A stretch of 64,000 bases of DNA. Origin: Tubiluchus corallicola. Its lineage: Eukaryota; Animalia; Priapulida. A model generated the notes under the pieces. It saw nothing but the letters and a program-made list of their open reading frames with translations. It was not told the origin of the DNA and searched no databases. Numbering within the stretch: the stretch's first letter is position 1; every line of letters starts with the position of its first letter. A program made the position numbers and the translations under genes. Positions 1 through 13,300 of the stretch are shown here, in pieces. The DNA is taken from positions 558,001 through 622,000 of the forward strand of contig JAQGDQ010000023.1 in assembly GCA_030141605.1 (NCBI GenBank), in the 5' to 3' direction.

Positions 1-383
1 ATTTTGATGATTTGTTTTTAAGCTGAATTTTCAGGCATTTGATTCTTTAGTAACTCATGACTGTTGTCTGAAAATAAAGATATTTTGATAATTTGTTTTT
101 TAAGCTGAATTTTCAGGCATTGGAGCAAATGCGTTTTAACTTTAATTTGTAGGTAATTTTTGCCTGGTACTAGGTCACTGCTCATCCGAAGTTTTGCATG
201 GTTTTGCAAGGCATGCCTCCTGATCATGAGAATAATGATTTTTTTATAAGGTTGATTAATAATTGATGTTTTGGCACTGAATGTTAAAGTAATTCTAATT
301 TGACTTAAAGCTCATAAAACTGTCTTTCTGTCCACCCCATTATGGTATTTTAGTTCTTACTGGGGTAAAGATTTTCTGGCTAA

Positions 384-614
384 AGTTTACAATTCTTCAC
401 ACACAAGAAATTGGTTCGTGAAACAGATTAGGGATAAGGTTAGGATTAGGGTTTGGGTTAGGGTTAGTGTTAGAGTTAGGGTTAGGATATTTAAATTGTG
501 TGGGGAATTAGCTTGAAAATAAGATAGTGCTCTTCTGAGATAATCATAAAGAAGATAAAGTGTCATTAAAAGTCTCACAAAGTTTGTCTTCGTTTGTGTG
601 AGGAATTGTAAACT
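384..614. mobile_element. Small non-autonomous element with terminal inverted repeats and an internal degenerate (TTAGGG)n tract
   Basis: agtttacaattcttcacacacaa (384-406) is inverted against tttgtgtgaggaattgtaaact (593-614); TTAGGG-like units at ~437-487; a related segment occurs at ~59727-59779. Confidence 0.6.
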
Positions 615-756
615 CTTTTCAATTTTGTAATGATTAACAAAGGTATGCCAGACACTGTATTACTTCAGATAATGCGCTGCGAAGATTATTAAATAAAACA
701 CTTTTTTTATGTGTTGTGAATAATTTCTGCTGCTAATAATTGATTATTCATTAAAG

Positions 757-3700
757 GTTTGTTCAACATCAGTGAAAGTTCATACGACAAGGCGGAAGAC
801 TCTTGCTGTAATTGTGGAAGACAATGCACAAATTGTAAGTAAGTCTTTCTGAAATAGTTTATACTTTGCTTTCTAAAAATACTGAAACCTGTACGATGTT
901 TGTTGTTGTTGTTGTTCATGTTGTTAAGACTGCATTTCCATTGCATCCACACAGACATACGGAAAATGTCGCTCATACGGAAAAAAATTGAAGCAATAGT
1001 GCATTTTTGCAAGTCATTGTTTTCCATGCTTGTCATTTCCATTACATACACTTTACTTGTTAAACCATTTTTCTGCTGACATAAAAGTTCATTTCTGGAA
1101 ACACTGTAGAGATTAGACCTTCCCTCTGTGACAAAATGAACTTATATACGGTCTTAGAAATTTCACAAGGCAGGTGTGAGCTGAAATAGCTTGTAAGGTC
1201 AGTGATGAAGAACAAACATTTAGTTTTTACTATAAATTTTGCTTTTTTCAGCATTTCCATAAATTTGGGTCTGATTTTGCAATTCTTTATTCAATGGATT
1301 TTGTCAAATTTATGGCAAACATTGTCAAATTTATTGTCTGCGAATTTCGAATCAGTCAATTTGACTTGTTGCAATTGCTAAACATATAGGCCTTTTACAC
1401 TTTCTCAAAATTGCATCGCATAATTAGTTACAGTGGAGAAAATTATAAGAGATGACTATTATCAGCTGTATTCTGTATTGCGTTTCTTAAACCATTAACA
1501 GGAAATGCATGCTTCGTTCTCCTCGAAAGTCCCCTGACTTGATTATTTTTGCCACATTGTAATACAAGTACAGTGTAATGAGTTCGGATGCAGTAGAAAC
1601 AACTTTTGCAGATGTAAAATGTGCAAACGGAAAAATCTGTATGCATGTGTTTGTGTGAATGCAGTGGAAATGCAGCCTAAAATTGTGCAAGGTGTAGTGT
1701 GGTGAGAGCCTATCAGAAATATTTACCCTTTTTTCAATCAGTCATCCGCTAGAAGTTAGCGTTTCACTATTCTAGGTTTTTGAGGTGAATTTTCAGTTCT
1801 TTTCATCTTGCATAAATGTGAAATTTTATTATAGTCAGTGGATCTGTTCTAGAATATAGTTTTAATTAGAACATATCAAAATGATATCTAGTATGCGTTT
1901 TCAAGCTGTTATGTTTAAGATTTATATTTTTAGGTGATTCTTGACACGCCTGGTATCATTAGTAAACACCATGGTAAAAAGTAAGTGCTGTTATGAACAC
2001 TTTTTGCGGAAAACGTTTTATGAAACCCTCATGTTGTATTCTGCATGAACTTACATGTGGAATAGAGTAATTGTTAGAATACTGTCAACAGTTGCTGACT
2101 GATTTTTGTTGCATTTACTATACTAAGTGGGTCATCAAATAGGGAACAAAGAAGCTTCTTTTTAGGAAAGCAAGTCATTAGGCAAAGTAAAATGAGTAAT
2201 CGAATGTGTACTGCTAGTAGAGCTTTAATGTTTCGTAGCTTGACATAAGCAAAAAACAAAAAAAACAGGCACTACTAAATTTAACTTGGTCATGTTATAT
2301 TTCATCAGGAGTATTGACGTGAGTATATCGTGAGTATTGACTTGAGGTCTAGTAAGCTACTTAGCAGAGTTACTTCCCAGAGTCGTTCTTTTGTGCTGCC
2401 CCTCAACTTTGGAAACAGCTGTCCCTACATTTTAAATGTCTCCATGTCTCCTTGTTTTAACTCTCAAATAAAACACTGTTATTTTCTTTATTTTTTAGTA
2501 ACCCATAATTTATAAATTTTAGTTGTTTTTGTAAATGTTAGTCGCCTGATGTAATGTGATTTTAATTTGCATAACATTTTTTATTTCCGTGATCTTATTA
2601 TACTTTTTAATTCTGTAAAGTCAACGAGCCATCTGGAAAGTCACGCTAATAAATTGTTATTAATTAATTATTAAAGGACCAAAATGCAGTATGTTAATTT
2701 TAGAATTGCACTACTCTTTGCAGAATTTGCAACAATAGATGCAAGAAAGCAAAATGTCACAAGATGACAAATAAGTTCTATAAACTAACTTTAACTTTGT
2801 TGTTTCTAAATATTTATAAATATGTGAAGAAAATTTGTTCAGTCAACTAGAAAACGTGTATTTTGGAATTGGCAGCTTGTCGAAATGTTGAATGAATTAT
2901 CTTTTACATAATATAATTAATTTTTTATCGACAGACACAACTTGGAAAATTCAGTTGTTGACGATCCGGAAGCATCGTTAAATGAAGCTGATTTGGGTAA
3001 GTTTAATATTTTCAAATTTGTGAACCATTTTATTTTTTTGAGAAATTTTGCACCATCTTATTTGCTTTGACTTATTTCTTACTAAACTCTGTTCAAGGTT
3101 CATAATTATTTGTTCTTCATATCATCCTAGTAGTATAGTGCAGTTAGTAGAATGTCTAGCTCTTGACACTGCTTCTACATTTGGCTGGAAAGACCTCAAG
3201 CCTCGTTGGGTTTTTCAAAAAAGCTGTAAGTAGGGCCATATCAACTCCTATGGGCTAGTATCCCCAGGGCCCCTCAAGCTTTGGTAACAAATCTGTTTTT
3301 CCACTATGGCTGTGTTGAAATATGTGGTAGTATGGTTTCCAATAAATAGTAAAATGGTAACATTTCTTAAAGTATATTTTATTCACAAACAAAAGATGGC
3401 TGTTCTAGTTTATGTAAAGAATTTTGCAATATGTTTACTACAAGCTACGTAAACGTCCCTAATATATATCACTAGTAAAAATTTTGAAAATGAGTGCAGG
3501 CGAGTTAGAGGGTGGCTCCGTCTGAGAGGCATATAATTTCATTGGCCTAGGGGACCCAAAATGTCACAATATGGCCCTGGCTGTAAGCTAAACATCCTAG
3601 CAGGAAAAGTACTTGTCTTTGGTGAGTAACCTCACTAGTGGTCATTTAGCTTTGTTCTCAAGTTCAGGTTATACAAAACTAGTCATTTAGTAATTACACT

Positions 3701-6700
3701 TCGTTTTCTTTAACAAAAATGTATCTCCTTATCTAGAGTAATTGTAAAACCAGATAATTATAATTGATCATTTAAATGGGTTGAAAATTGTTGTTATTCG
3801 CTTTTTTGTTGTGACTAGTAATTATTGTTTATTTTTACAAATTTGCGTGGGCATTCGTTACAGGAATTCATTTGGTATTTTATTTTATTTTAATTTATTT
3901 ATTTGGCAGATTACAAAATGAAGTTGCAAATTTATTTGTGTTTCGTTTAAGTCAAATTTTATAATTTCTTTGCTCATCAACATTAGACTGCTTTTGTCAC
4001 TGCTTTTTGTGGAGGAAACTGTCATTTGGGTCTTTCTTTATTGGCTTTTAGATTTCAATAGTTTCCGTGGGGTACTTGTTTTACTATTGCTTTTCATTTT
4101 TTCTTGCCTTTTTTAGATGCAGGATATCAATTCAATTTTTTTCTAGGACTTTTCCTATCTGTTGAAATTTTTTACTAGGCATTTGCTTTCCCACTTATTG
4201 CAGTCCTGTTTGCTTCACGAAGAGTATCATCAAATACCATCTACCACTAAGCAGTTAGTTATAAGACAACTTTCTGCACTGTTCTCATATTTTTAGGTTG
4301 GCATAACTGCCCAGAAAGCGGAAGGTGTTTGGTTCGAGTCCCAGTGGAGTGCAAAATTTTTTTAGAGATTAAAACTGAGTATTGCTTTCTTGCATTTATT
4401 GGGTTTCTAACTGTAGCGCTTCTCTTTAAGTGGCATAGCTCTGGCTCTGTTTGGCATGATCTGCATACAAAAATATCAAAAAATATTTTAACTTTTTAGT
4501 TAACAACTAGTAGATGAATTATATTTTATATATATATACTAAAAATACACATAATTCTTTTTCAGTTGCTGTGATAGTGGACGTTTCTAACTTTGTAGGA
4601 AGACAGTGTATTGATTACAAAATTCTTCAAATGCTGTGCAAACATCAAGATAAGAAATCTGTTTTAATTTTAAACAAGGTGTATAGCATTTCTAAATTAC
4701 ACAGTAATGTTGTTACTGTATTGATTTTTGCCAACTTGTCATGTATTAATTATTGATACATTCCTCTGTTTGCCTATATTTGTATCTGCAGTGTATTTTA
4801 AAAACAGTATATCGAATACACAAAAGTCTGTCCAATGGTCTCCTTTGATATATACTAGGAATGCTAAGCATTTACTAGAATACATGGCATTACCATTTGT
4901 CATGGATCGGCGTCACCATATCTGCTACATTTGTGAGTTAGAATGGTCAAGGTGACTGCTACTTAATAAATTTCTTCATGACTCAAAGACTATTCAGCAT
5001 GTAAAAATTGGCAGTATAGGCTGTCCTCAACATAAATCCTTTTCCAAGGTCTAATATTTGATGCTATATCATAAATAAATACCTTTAAATAAACCATTAA
5101 AATAAACACCATTATGGCATTTTTCTTTGCTGTGCAAAATCTTGCTTATGTCAGGTGTCAAGAGAAAAAAGCTGTAAAATAGTCTTCAAATTCTTTATGC
5201 ATTGACTGCATATACACAAACATTTATGCATTGACTGCATATACACAAACAAAACTGTTGCAGATTTTATTTCTTTGTTTCTTGTATTCCTGTTGCTACA
5301 TAGATGTCCTTTTATATTATCCTATTTGTATATTTCTTGGCATTGTGTTGTTTTCAGGTAGACTTGCTGAAGTCTGATTTGCTGGCTTTGGACATTTCCC
5401 GGAAACTTGCGGAAGGTATTGTAGGTGGAAAACCTCACGGAGTCCCAGCTGCTCGTCAGAAACAACCGCAGATGTCTGATCTCTTTAAAAATGCTGACAG
5501 ACATTTGAAGGTGGAAAAAAACAAATATAATGAAAAGCAAGACTTTTTAGAAGTTGATGTCAGAGCAAACAGTAACCAAATTTCTGAAGAGACTATGCTG
5601 TTACTGAAAAAATTATACAATGTTGAGCCTTGTCCTGTGATCGTGAAAACAGATAGATTTAGAACACCAATTGAAAGACTAGGTGATTATGATGCTCACT
5701 TGGAGTCTAATGAAGGTCTGTCAGAAAAGGAAAAGATTTTGCGCAAAGTGCTGTTGAACAAAAAGGGTTGGCCTTTCTTTAGTGAAGTTTTCTACGTGTC
5801 AGCTTTGGAGGGTACGGGAGTTTCGTATTTAAAGGTATAAAACTTATTGCAAGTTATTGTTTTCAGTAGTATGTGCTTAGCTGGGATCATGTTAAGAACG
5901 CCATCAAAATTAGTCGTATTATTGTTTAACTTCTATGCCAATGATATTGTTTTCAGTAATTAATATATTGACTGTTATATGCCCATATTAGGTATTTATG
6001 GAAATACTCTCTTGTACACAATTTAAATATTTTTAGTTGGTTGCCACCTAATTCTATGTTTCTTAAGATATGCAGGCCTTAAAATTATTGATCCGCTCTG
6101 ATGTTACTTAAGTGTTCAGTGAACACTCTTTATGAATGGCACGCACTATGTACAGTGTACAATGCTTTTAGTAAACTTGTCAATGCGTTTTCAATCAGAA
6201 ACGTGCATTTCCCCACAAAATACTGCTATTGAACAAAGAGTCAAATTAAAAATCCTTTTTGTAAGTTTGAAAAATTTGAAAGTGTCAATTTGTCTTAATA
6301 ACTTGATTAGTAGGTATATCATATATTGAACTGTCAAGCACAAACTTTGTCGAAACCAAACAAAACACATCAATAGAACACTTTTCCAAGCGCCCCTGCA
6401 TTACTGAACGTAATTGCTATAACAGTGTAGAATTGTAGTAGTGTAAAGACATTAAAAGCCAAATTAATGATGTATTTTCGACGAATAATTGTCTTGCGAT
6501 AGCATACTATTTCTGATAGTACTTTACTTTGTCTTATATCTGCTATGCTTTTTATACAAATTGGATGCTTTGTATTTGTCTAGATTAAATGTCAGTAGCA
6601 GTGCTGAACCACAATTGAGCCTTCAACTAAACATTATTATGAAATTATGTTAATATTTGTAGCAATGGTTAATAGATCATGCTCTGCCCAGTCAGTGGTT

Positions 6701-8826
6701 GTATCACAAGCATTTTGTGACAGATCAGGCACCAGAAGAGATTGTTGAGATGTGCATAAGAGGAAAGCTACTAGATACGCTGCCACAAGAAATACCTTAT
6801 TGCTTAAAACTGGTAAGATCTTCATACTGCTTCTAAAATTCAGACACCTCTAATGAATTTTTTTGTGATTACTTTATTTAAAAAAATAATTATTACTTGT
6901 TTGTTAAATTGGTTTTTTGCCGTGTTAGGCAGAGCTATAGAACTGTTTGATCTGAAAATAATTAGGAATGTGAGAAAGCAAATGGCCTAAATTTGATTGC
7001 GATTGGATTTATTAATTTAGACTTCAGAGAACATTATTTGTTTGTAAAAAAAACTGCTGGTTTATGTTCGTAATTTGTACTTTTCTTTTTTATAAACAAA
7101 TTTTTGTTTTTACATAACGTAATATGATTTATTTATTTTTTTGCATTTATTTCATTCTATTATTTGAAGCAAAGCAAAATAAACAATTTTCAAATGTAAA
7201 TTTGCAGAATTGTTTTTAATGAAATGTGTCATATAGTTGTCATGTGAGCTATTACATGTCCTCAAAACTTTGTTTTTTATTTAGTAATTAATAGGAAAGA
7301 AAGAAATTGCCACTATTCTAATTAATAGAGTCAGTTTGTTGTAGGATGTTAAGTTGATGGTTCCAGATGAAAGAGGCACTTTAGTGATTAATGTAGATGT
7401 CGTTGCACCACGTTCCGGATTAGTGGTACGATTTTTTCCAATTTATGATGTATAGTTAAACTGCATTTTTATGGGTTTTCTTTCGCCAAGTCAATCAAGA
7501 TTCATGGTAGCAGCTATGTTTTGGCTACTAAAGTTAAGATAGCTGATAGGTGATAAGGCTGATACTGACAGCTGATACCAACAAGTGGTTGGGTGAAACG
7601 CTTCTATTCTCGCTGTGAGTCGTTTCTTTCATATTAGGCTGCTTACCTTTTAGAGGGAGAACTTGTATACACCCAAATGTGGCTGCTATACCTCTGCTGG
7701 TTTGCTGGCTCTTCTTAGAAGCACGGACTTGATAGAAAGAAAAGTCGCTGGTTTTGCCATGACCACCTAATTTCAGTAGGAATGCCACTGTGTGGCGTAT
7801 TCCAGCTTGTAGGATTCTGAATTGTGTAAAAAAATCCAAAGCATATATTGTTTGAACCATTTAGTTGAGTATCTCAGTGCAAATAGGTAAAATTAAAAAT
7901 GCAAGAACATTCAAATTTATATATACTATTGCTTTATAACTAGGAACAACATTAATATAATTAAGATGCATAAGTAGTTTCTAAGCAAAATTTAATACCA
8001 TCTTTATCAAAAAAATATTTTTGTGCCAAAAGTACCTACTTAATGACTGCTGCAAACTTTTGCAAATTTCAAAAATGAATAAAATTTTTTTTGTTTCCTA
8101 ATGCTAATATGCATTTGCAAGCTTTGTTAAGAAAGATGCTGGCAAAAATACTGCCAACTCTAATAGAGTTGTCAAAACCTTTGTAGAAGTATGTCATTTG
8201 TCAATTGTTAATTAATTAGATCTCAGGATCAAATTCCAGCTAGTCAACAATTTTTCAGCATCTTCTTTCTTAAACTCATTACCCACATTGGGTAATAATT
8301 GTTGAAATTAATTGCAATGGTTTATTACTATTCTGGCAGTCACAGTCATATTCTAATTAATTAATGACATCATTAGTTGCCAGCTAATTTGAGAAAAGTG
8401 TTGATATCATAAGTATGTCATTTGTTTCTGTTACTTTATTCAGGTGCTATCTTTTTGTGTGAAACTTGGCATTAACCTGTCTTTCTAAGTGCAAATAGTA
8501 GTTTTCATACTTAAACGTCACTCGACTCGAGTTAGGCTTAAAAATTAAAGAAGTTAATGTAAAGTTTGTAGTTCTCCTATGCTGCATGTGCTGCACTATT
8601 GTTTCCTAGCTAAAACACAAACAACTAAAACACAAAATAGGATATTATTAACAATGTAATGGAAAATGCTTCTCTTTTTTAGAAGAAAGTTATTGGCAAG
8701 GAAGGAGTTCTCATTAGACTCGTCATTGAAGAAGCTACGGCAGAACTGATAGAAATTTTTCAGTGTCCTGTAAAACTCAGGCTTGCTGTTTGTGATGGAA
8801 GTCCTGAAGTCAAAAGAAAATGTTGA
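757..8826 (+). CDS. ERAL1: Mitochondrial Era-like GTPase, 5'-partial (G1-containing exons lie upstream of the window)
   Basis: Exons 757-834, 1934-1980, 2935-2996, 4566-4678, 5358-5834, 6663-6812, 7345-7425, 8683-8826; all GT-AG and phase-consistent. Motifs: VHTTR (G2), ILDTPG (G3), LNK|VD (G4), VSALEG (G5), LPQEIPY and the KH GxxG loop VIGKEG. Confidence 0.95.
3231..3579. mobile_element. hAT-type MITE in an ERAL1 intron
   Basis: TIRs tagggccatat / atatggccctg; perfect 8-bp target site duplication gctgtaag (3223-3230 and 3580-3587). Confidence 0.85.
4296..4480 (+). mobile_element. tRNA-derived SINE-like repeat (family B)
   Basis: B-box ggttcgagtccc followed by agtggagtgcaaaattttt...tttattgg; similar copy at ~26255-26440. 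Confidence 0.55.
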
Positions 8827-10346
8827 TGATGTATACGATAGTCTGCTCTTTGAATCTGTTAAAATTAGTTCAAATATTTTAAGTTCATTTTCAGTTTTTA
8901 AATAAGAGCAGCACAGTTAATTTGCTGTGTTTTACAAAACTTTTATGTGGATACAAGTATAACTATTTTTGTAATTTATTTAAAAGAGAAACTCTTAGAT
9001 TGTGTATTGTTAGGCCTGAAGGCTAAAAAGTCTTTATTTGTGATAAATTTTGTGGTGTCTCTGTTGTTGGATTCCTTGAGATATGCAACTTGCAAGCAAA
9101 GTGTATTTACTGAGCCTTGAACTCACACATGCACGCACACACACACATACACACGTTTTATTATATAACTTTTTGAAATGAAGTAAAAAATAGTCAAATG
9201 ATGTACGTAATGATTTGAAAACCATGTATTACAGAGTTGTAATCCATTGACACTGAAATATGCTATATGTATGTTCAAAATTGTTGTAACAATTGTGCTA
9301 ATAAATGATTGTACATATCTAGAAAATTGCTTGCATAATAGTTTGCATTTTGTGAAGTTAAGCAAGTTAATTGCAGCATAGAAGCAAGCAATATGTATAA
9401 AAAAGAGAACTGATCATTTTTTGCTTCATCAGGGAAAAAAGTTTAACAAATTTTGATTATTTTTTTGATAGACTCCTATTGAACACTGAGTATTGGAGAC
9501 GCATACTGCTTTTTAACTAGAATAAAAAGCAAAGCCATAATTCTTGAAAATTCATGATTGAAGTGTCAATCAGTTCATGATATGATGGTGACAGAAGTTT
9601 GACATATCTAGCAGCATTAGCTGTATGTGCTTGCATAAGTATTTCATCTAAATGTACAGTAATAAGTATTAATATCTCACCAGCATAATTGTCTGCACAT
9701 ACCGCATGAACGTGTAAGCAAACCTTAACGAGCTTTGAAATGCAAAAAATGGTTTTCCTCAAAAATCACCGGTTTATATAAATTTATATTAGGAAATTCT
9801 GTCATAAAAAAATGAAAATATTTGTGGAAAATGCAGGGAAATTTTCAGGGTGAAACAAGTACGTTTTCACAAGGACGCATCGCAAGTACACGATGTAATA
9901 AAATATCAGCATATAATTATGTAAAATGATGGTCGTTCACGTTAACGCGTTTTAATTTTATTTTAACTAACAGGTTACTACTGAAGAGCTTTATCTTTTT
10001 TCATAACGCCTACGACAGAACTGACGTATGCCCTGTTTTGGCAGAATATGAATATAGTGTAGATTGTTATTGCCAAGATTAAAAGGTACACAAAACACTA
10101 TATAGTACCTTCAGACTTACGTTTATACATTGGAATGTAAATAGTTACCCTACATAGAGCTGAACTAGTGGAAGTATTAGAGGTATCTGTATATTACTGC
10201 TATACGTTGTTGGACTTTGATCTTGAACCTACGTCCCTTATGTTTACCCTCAGCCAGTCGATTATTCACCACACACACATATCGTGCGCTAGTAAAAAGA
10301 AAGAACTTTAATTTTCTTTTGTTTTCCTTTGCAAGAAGTGTTTAAA

Positions 10347-13300
10347 ATGGCTGTCGAAGGCACGTACAAGTTGATGAAATACCTACTTTTGGTATTCACG
10401 TTTTGTTTTTGGGTAAGTTCTGTTGATGGGCTCATATAGTTTTGTATAATGTTAGCTTATTCTGACTAGTTAAATAATGGTGGGAGCCATGATGGTAGAC
10501 GTGCACCGGAATCATTGTACAGTTTTATTAACTTACTTAATAATAATAATTCGTCTGATATTTAATTTCTAGTTTAAGTAGGGCTTTGTAGAAATGTGAC
10601 TGTTATCTTTGCTCCTCTGGTTTGCATGTAAAAAGAACGAGAACACAGAAAGTTTATAAGTAAAAATACACATCCTCTAAGAACACTACATAGCCATTAA
10701 CCGGATGCAGGGCCGAATTAAGGTGTATTGGTGCCCCAAGCACCCCCCCATTTCTTCTTTGCCTCGCGTCACCGCGTGCGCGTCTCGCGGCTAAAAGCAT
10801 ACGTATTATGCGACATTATATATTATATAAAACTAACTGTATTGCTATATATCTAAGATTTATGCAATTGAAATATTTATTGACATCAAAATGAAATTCT
10901 AATAATTAAATAAATCAACTACAGAAAAGAATGTATGATGTTTGACATTAAGCAAAAAATTAGTCATTTACAGCACCTGAGGTCACTAGTTACTGAGGTA
11001 TAAACACTAAACAAACAGTTTAATTCTAAACGATCTGAATATATCAGTAACACCTTTCAATTACACAATGGCTCATTTAGTGATGTTATCAACTTCATTT
11101 GAGGTTTATGTTAACATACTTTATTAAAACTGTATCTGTTTTCACTTTTTTGCCAGCTTGGCGCCCACTGAGTCTCGGTTCCCGCAGACGCGTTTAGTCT
11201 GCTCATGCGTTAATCAGGCCCTGACTGGACGATTTGGAAGTCTACAACACCTCATATGACTCCTAAATAAACTGAACAGCTCCCAAAGAAATTCGCACAG
11301 CTTTTGTGTACTTGCCATACTTTTCAACAATTCATATGCTTTCCAACAACTTCACAAGTTTTCTAGAAAAATATACAGTTTCAACGAATTCGCGTGTCTA
11401 AGGATTCCACGTAACTTTCAACTATTTTAGTTAGTTTAAACTTCATTTATTTATAGTGGATTTACAAAACAGACTGCGTCTGAAACAGGTATCTCCACGG
11501 TGCAAGTGCTGAGTTGCAAAGTGCTAATAAAAGAATAATAAGCGTCAGAACTAATAATTCTCACACTCGGATTCGATAACAAGTGTAATGTACACGCTCA
11601 AACCAGTGTTGCGTTTCCACAGCTAAATTGTTTATTCTGCAAAAATACAAATTTGCTCTAGTCTACAAAGTTATTGCGCAATTCTACTGGCTAGCTACAA
11701 TTATTACCTCTACAAAGCTACTGCAATAAGTGCTACAGATTACGATGTTACACTAAAAGGCTAAAATGCTTTGTTGGTCCAATATTGAGTCACGAAAAGC
11801 CAGAATGTCAGTAAAAGGTAGCAGTAGCAGAATAATTACAGGTCAAATTTTAAAGGAAACAGAGACGTGTGTGCGTAACAAATTTCGTCTATACAGTACA
11901 ATGTCAGAGTAGAAAAGTAGTCCATCTCGTAGAACTACAGTCTAATGTATTGTGGCTTCTAATGCATATACTACCTTGGGAAGGGGAAATAGACCAAAAC
12001 ATTTGTACCTGCAACACGCCGCCCCCTTTGAATGTTCTATCCAGAACATGAAACATAACAAAATATTTATCAATCATTAAACTATAATCTCATTTTGGAA
12101 CACAAAACAGCAGTTTGCTAAGCACGGTCAAGCAGACAAAGCTTCTGCACAGGCCGTTTCAGAGTTAACGACTTTGTCTTGAGTAACACAGAGCGGACCA
12201 AGCCATCATTACCCGGGTAGGTATCAACAATGCAACCAAGTTCTCAACGGTTTCTTGGCAAGGTGTTGTCGATTAATAGAACAACACCTCCACGCTTGAG
12301 ATTTTCCTTCTGTTCCTCCCAGTTTTGGAATTGTTGTAGCATCGGAAGATATTCACGAGTCCATCGCCGCCAAAAGACGTCTGTCAAATACCGGGCGCCA
12401 TCTTCGCCTACATAAGTCAGAAGAATCAAAGAGCTTGACGGGTACTGAACCAGTTCTTAACAGCAGTAAATTGTTTAGAGTAAGAGCCTCAAGACCATTT
12501 GGATCATCTGATACTGTTGTAATCGGCCTGTCATTTATAATGGACTCTACCATGCACAATAGTATCAGAGTAGACAAGCTTTCATCATCAAATCTTTGCT
12601 CACTGCATATAGAAAATGCAACTCAGCGAATGGATCGGATCATCCTTTCCCAAGCTCCACCACGATGGGATGCACCTGGTGTGTTAAAGATCCATTGTGC
12701 CTGACGCTTCCGTAGAACATTTGCAATCTTCTGCTGATCCCAGTTGCACATTGCTGCTCTCAATTCTTTCTCTGCACCGACAAAGTTAGTGCCATTGTCA
12801 GATCGGATGATAGATGGAGGCCCACGGCAAGAAATAAATCTGAAAAGAGCATTAATGAAACTATCGGTCTTCCGGGAATGTAGTACCTCTATGTGAACAG
12901 CACGAATATTCAGGCAAGTGAAGACACATCCGTATCTCTTCACCTCTGAAAGACCTCTTTTGACAAAAAACGGACCAAAGCAGTCCACACCAACAGCTGC
13001 GAAGGCAGATTGAGACACGCGGTCATCTAGCAGATCAGCCATTTTTTCACTTAATTACAGTCAGCAGATAGTAATTAATTTACAACTAATTTACACGCCT
13101 AAAGAATTCCAACAAATTCTTACGTCTTTTAACTAGTAGACACATTTTTCAACAAATTCATACATTCCATTTCAGCTTCACAGAATTTTTCTGCGTCGCC
13201 AGCGAGATCGAATGTGGACCGAACTTCACGTACAGGGTGTTCCAGAAGAAACAAATATGTTGACCAAATCACAAATGCGGTTGAGTGTTAACTGTTAAGC

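Noticed and set aside
5358-5834. Long insertion between G4 and G5 of ERAL1
   Set aside because: A variable insertion at this position is a known feature of metazoan ERAL1.
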